A DNA stretch of 64,000 bases from Verrucomicrobiota bacterium (GTDB lineage Bacteria > Verrucomicrobiota > Verrucomicrobiia > Limisphaerales > SXQI01): assembly GCA_033762115.1 (NCBI GenBank), contig JANRLX010000067.1:1-64000 (forward strand), written 5' to 3'. The first letter of the stretch is position 1. Every line of letters starts with the position of its first letter. Under the pieces are notes generated by a model that saw only the letters and a program-made list of their open reading frames with translations, did not search any database and was not told where the DNA came from. Shown here piece by piece: positions 60,201 through 64,000 of this stretch. A program made the translations under genes and the position numbers.

Positions 60201-61292
60201 TTAGTTATTGTCGCGGTTCAACATTCTTGAGATGGCAAGGATCGCGGCGTTAAAAGCAATCTCGCGGTTCAAATCACGGTCAATCGCAAATCTCGCCAAG
60301 CCGAGCCGACGAATACCGCGATAACCCAACGACGTGTCCAAGACAGTCTTTTGCGGGTCGCAAAACGCCGATTCGGAAAGCCCTCCCAATTGGCTGTGCG
60401 CCATGTAAAAAAGGAGAAGCCCGATGCTCGAAGCCACTTCATCACGGTCGCCTGCAACGAGATTGCCAGTTGAACATCCCCAGATTGTAAAAGTATCCAG
60501 CAGTTTCGAGCCGGGTTCGTGTGTAATTTTCGCGCCGGTGAACAATCCGAATTCAATTCGGGCAGCATCCGTCATCGCGACCAAAACCTCTTTGCATGTC
60601 GCGCCGAATGCGCCCCAGGCCGTGACCACATCGTGCGTCTTCGCCACGCTAGGACTTGTCAAGATGACGTGGACGCGGATTTTGAGCCCAAGCAATTTCG
60701 CAACATACCGGATGCGAGAGATGATGTAGAGCAAGAGTCCGGCAGCGGTTGATCCAAAACCCGACCCAAAGAGGTTTACGTCGAGAACATCACTGGCGAG
60801 AATCGACGTGCCCTGGTCGCACAATGCGCCGTATCGACAGCGATTCCTTTCAGTCGTAAAGAGATTGGAGAGGCTTTGAACAATCAAGGGATCTTCGGCC
60901 TTCCCAACATTCACCGCGAAAATCTTTTGCCCTCCAGCCCCTTCTTTCGATGTTGCAGGTGGAATCTTGTCGAGCTTTTCCGCATCGCGGCGCGTGCATG
61001 GATTCCGGCGGGCCATCGCAGCCAATTCTTGCGTGGTACGTTCATGCAGGATGATTACTTCTTCGTCTCCCAAGGAAACCGAACCTTTCGTTGGCCCCAA
61101 CGTTACCGAGTAGTTTCGAGAGCTTTCCGCCGTGTCGATAACGAGCGTCGGAATGTGGGTCAATGGCTCATTGCCCATGAGCTTGGTTTCCCAGGCACGG
61201 TGATGTGTCCCAATGTATGTGCCCAATGTACCCAATCCGATATTAACACTTGGGTTGCGAACGCGGGGGGCGTTGTCAGTTGTGAATTTCAT
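60201..61292 (-). CDS. Divergent tubulin/FtsZ-superfamily GTPase-like protein (Tubulin_2-type)
   Basis: IGLGTLG (T1), IDT (T2), EGAGGQ (T3), LFGSGFGSTAAG (T4, cf. GGGTGSG), GATCKEVL helix. Confidence 0.7.
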   Translation of the reverse strand: MKFTTDNAPRVRNPSVNIGLGTLGTYIGTHHRAWETKLMGNEPLTHIPTLVIDTAESSRNYSVTLGPTKGSVSLGDEEVIILHERTTQELAAMARRNPCTRRDAEKLDKIPPATSKEGAGGQKIFAVNVGKAEDPLIVQSLSNLFTTERNRCRYGALCDQGTSILASDVLDVNLFGSGFGSTAAGLLLYIISRIRYVAKLLGLKIRVHVILTSPSVAKTHDVVTAWGAFGATCKEVLVAMTDAARIEFGLFTGAKITHEPGSKLLDTFTIWGCSTGNLVAGDRDEVASSIGLLLFYMAHSQLGGLSESAFCDPQKTVLDTSLGYRGIRRLGLARFAIDRDLNREIAFNAAILAISRMLNRDNN

Positions 61293-61322
61293 AATGATGT
61301 CCTATTCGTTTGGTTTCAGTTG

Positions 61323-62966
61323 TTAAATCGTTTCGGATTGCGGTTCGAGAGAGGGCATTTCTACTGCTGTCACACCTTGGAAAATCCAACCCGTGGCAGG
61401 AAATGATTCACTGGCTGCTATTTGATCACCTGGGCGTAAACGACGCCTACCCGCCACGCTGACTCCATTGAGCTTTATTCCGCCCAGCGCAACTAGGACA
61501 GGTCTGCCAAACCAGTCACGTGCAATAGCAGAGGCGGTTCCACACATATCAGCGGGAGCCGAATGCGGTGGATTGCTCAGAATCGCGACCTCTCCCGGAC
61601 CCGCCACAATCACTCCGTGATTCTCGCCACTGGTCTGTTCGCTGAGTTCAATTTTCACCAAACGATTCCGGGCGTGGGTTGCAATACCAATGATGAATAT
61701 CCCAGCAATTAGAATCAATCCGACCGCGCCGGCGGCGAGCTTTAAAGAAAGGCTCAATGGAGCAGGAGGCACTTTGGTGCGTCCTTCAACGGGAGGTAGA
61801 GCACGCTTTCCGTCCAGACCGACTGCCTCGGAATTTGTTGCAACCTTTTTGGAAGCGACATAAGGCGTGGCTGCGTTGGTTTGGAAAGTGCGGCCCGGCA
61901 GATTGGCTTGTGCAACTTGTAATGGCGCGGAATTGCTCAAAGACAGAATGGGTCTATCCACAAAGACCTTTTGGACGTTCGTCACATACTCGATCACCTT
62001 GTTTGTGACCACAGTGCGAGTCGTAATAGGAACCGACTTTTCAACGATGTTCGTTATGACGATGGGGGCTGGGGCAGGCATGGGCTTTTCAATCGTCCTG
62101 ACAACTTCATTTGTAACGATGAGCGTCACGGGGGGTTGCACGGCGGGTTTTCGTCGCTCTGCCTCTTGGGCACTGCGAAGAGCAGTCAACTGGGTTTGCA
62201 ATTCGCCTTGTTCGCGTGTTAGCCGTGCGACTTCGGCGGCAGTTTTCCCAACGTCTGGTGAGCTCGGCTCCATTTGTGGGACGGCCTTCACTTGAGCCAG
62301 TTGGCGAGTGCAATCATCCAAAACTGTTTTTACATCGGTGAGCCCAGCGCGAATGAGATTGCGGTATTCGCCCTGTTTGCTTTGGAAAACCTGAACGATG
62401 TTTGAGGTAGTGGCTCTTGTATTGAATTGCTTGTTCAAGCTGGCAACGCGCAGTTCAGCAGTTTGGAGCTGTTTGCGGAGGATCGCGTATACCGCGTTAA
62501 GTTTTCGCTGTTCCTCACCCCGGATATATCCAAGCGAGGATTTGAGTTGTGAAATTCTGTCTGCTTCACCTTCTAAACGAATTCCAACCAGGTCCGTGAG
62601 GAAGGACGCTCGGACCAATTGTTCAGGTGCTCCGGGAAGACCTGCATCAAGCAAGCGGGATGCGGACTCAAGGTTTCGCTCGATTTCCGAAAGCGATTCT
62701 TGAGATCTGCCTTGCTCGCTTTTCAAGAACTCACGAGTGTAAAACACACCGTTTTGTTGGGGCGCCGCTATCGCCGGCATGAACGCGAAGGCCACCAAAA
62801 ACATCACGACCGCCAACGCACATCGACGATGAGCACATCCGGTTATTCTTCGCTTTGCGTCGGACTTCTCGAGCATCAGGGAAATTGGAGAAGAAAATTC
62901 CAAATTAAAGGTAGGGTCAACGCGGTGGGCACTAGTGGGTTTGGCCACTGTGGGTTCGACTGTCAT
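61323..62966 (-). CDS. Membrane protein: signal/TM, coiled coil, TN-rich stalk, TM, C-terminal degenerate FHA-like domain
   Basis: ALAVVMFLVAFAFMPAIAA; heptad helices; TM LAAGAVGLILIAGIFIIGIA; GIKLNGVSVAGRRRLRPGDQI. Start uncertain; the ATG at 62966 has GGAG upstream. Confidence 0.6.
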   Translation of the reverse strand: MTVEPTVAKPTSAHRVDPTFNLEFSSPISLMLEKSDAKRRITGCAHRRCALAVVMFLVAFAFMPAIAAPQQNGVFYTREFLKSEQGRSQESLSEIERNLESASRLLDAGLPGAPEQLVRASFLTDLVGIRLEGEADRISQLKSSLGYIRGEEQRKLNAVYAILRKQLQTAELRVASLNKQFNTRATTSNIVQVFQSKQGEYRNLIRAGLTDVKTVLDDCTRQLAQVKAVPQMEPSSPDVGKTAAEVARLTREQGELQTQLTALRSAQEAERRKPAVQPPVTLIVTNEVVRTIEKPMPAPAPIVITNIVEKSVPITTRTVVTNKVIEYVTNVQKVFVDRPILSLSNSAPLQVAQANLPGRTFQTNAATPYVASKKVATNSEAVGLDGKRALPPVEGRTKVPPAPLSLSLKLAAGAVGLILIAGIFIIGIATHARNRLVKIELSEQTSGENHGVIVAGPGEVAILSNPPHSAPADMCGTASAIARDWFGRPVLVALGGIKLNGVSVAGRRRLRPGDQIAASESFPATGWIFQGVTAVEMPSLEPQSETI

Positions 62967-63413
62967 ATTAAGCTCCGTCCCGGGGTGTCTCTTTGTCGTC
63001 ATATTCCTCATGCGTGACGGGAAATGTCGTCTCCATGACACGTTTGGAACGCCAGATCGTAGGATGCCAAGCGACTTTGAAGGCAGGTAAGCGTTAGCAG
63101 TTCGCACAGAACTATTGCGTGACTTCTTCTGGGGAGACCGTGACAGTATTCGGCTAGCCTAGAGCTATCCTGTAACTTGACTGGCCGATTAACCGGCGCG
63201 GAAAAATGCGACTAGAAGTTCCTGCGAAAGGAGGTTGCTACAACTCAACAACTCAAAAGGGCGTGACGAGATAACAAGAAAATGAATAGGTTCGAAACAA
63301 CCGAAGATCGATAACTGATTGAGGATTGAAAATTGAACAAACTGAACTTCGAACTACGAAAAAAAAGGCTGCCCAAATTCGGCCGAGGAAGCCTCCTAAT
63401 TTGGTTTCATGCT

Positions 63414-64000
63414 TCATACCGCCCACTCGATACCTGAGGGTGGGATGTAGCTCCATTTGGTTCCCAAAGGCATGATCTGTTGTTGAAGGTGGTCCGCAAA
63501 TGCCGGAAATCCATTTTTTCGCAAATAATCACGCACGCGCTCCAAATACTTACGCGCTTTCACGGCCTCTGGTGAATCTGGTCTTTTGCTCCCCGGTCGT
63601 TTCGTAAAGTTGCCAGAGTCCCGCTGCATTCCATCTCCTAAAGACGCGTCAAGTGATGCCATTTCGTCGAAGTCATCAGGGTATGCTTCTTCAAATGGCG
63701 ATTCGGCGCGGCCGGCCAAAAAATCCTCCAGTGGCTCCGCCAGCGGTCCAAGATTCTTTACCAATCGATCCAGCTCTTCTTCCTCGTTGGACGAGATATC
63801 GCTTTCCGCTTCGAGCGCCATCAGTTCTCTCATGCGTCTAATGGTTGGTGCAATGAACTGCAATTGTGCGAGCTTTTGCTCGTTGTCGAGCTTTTCCCAA
63901 TTGACGCCCAATGGTTTGAAATAGGCCATTAAAGCATGATTAAGTTCGCATTTCACTTCATCTTCTTCAGCCTCGCTTTGGGAATTCGTCACCGTATCAG
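63414..64000 (-). CDS. Hypothetical protein, possible DNA-binding regulator (5' end beyond the window)
   Basis: Frame open to the window end. C-terminus KARKYLERVR...PAFADHLQQQI..GTKWSYIP...W resembles an 'AR..V...I.....P.LA.HL...I..G....Y.P....W' domain I recall from regulators. Confidence 0.55.
   Translation of the reverse strand, partial: DTVTNSQSEAEEDEVKCELNHALMAYFKPLGVNWEKLDNEQKLAQLQFIAPTIRRMRELMALEAESDISSNEEEELDRLVKNLGPLAEPLEDFLAGRAESPFEEAYPDDFDEMASLDASLGDGMQRDSGNFTKRPGSKRPDSPEAVKARKYLERVRDYLRKNGFPAFADHLQQQIMPLGTKWSYIPPSGIEWAV

Larger units (their letters stand above)
56796..64000. mobile_element. Probable integrative element/genomic island flanking tRNA-Ser (continues beyond the window)
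   Basis: Tyrosine integrase starts about 80 bp from the tRNA and is followed only by non-core genes. The distal att site is not visible in this window. Confidence 0.7.

Noticed and set aside
60201..61292. Calling this gene ftsZ or btubA/B
   Set aside because: Lacks the canonical GGGTGTG and the FtsZ T7 loop (NxDFAD), and it lies in an island rather than the dcw cluster.
63253..63456. 67-aa ORF in the island
   Set aside because: Overlaps the neighbouring gene's end, has no clear RBS and no recognisable motif.

Overview
Bacterial chromosomal window. Gene content suggests Verrucomicrobiota, probably Pedosphaera/Limisphaera-like (inference). (1) 1-24.2 kb is a run of minus-strand genes: UDP-glucuronate decarboxylase, a PilM-PilN fusion, Amuc_1100-like and Amuc_1099-like genes and a secretin, then five large secreted proteins interrupted by coaE. 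The secretin is split across two genes, and the second half has its own signal peptide. The secreted proteins are rich in Thr-Asn, three share a C-terminal 'Y..Q.S..L..W...YRV' domain, and one looks like a catalytically dead metzincin. (2) 24-56.7 kb is mostly housekeeping and envelope genes: two hybrid PAS kinases (one frameshifted), DUF1800/DUF1501, trpF, ferritin, clpB, a DUF2723/TPR glycosyltransferase cluster, LacI, nadK, tlyA, two PilT-family ATPases, pdxH, trxB and ftsK. (3) 56.7-64 kb is a probable integrative element lying on the 5' side of tRNA-Ser(CGA). It carries a tyrosine integrase with an extra C-terminal domain and a three-gene module: a membrane protein with a degenerate FHA-like domain, a divergent tubulin/FtsZ-like (Tubulin_2) protein, and a membrane-anchored helical protein. 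The best candidates for undescribed biology are the split-secretin export locus with its putative cargo, the Thr-Asn signal, and the island tubulin-like module. All family calls come from reading motifs by eye; no searches were run.
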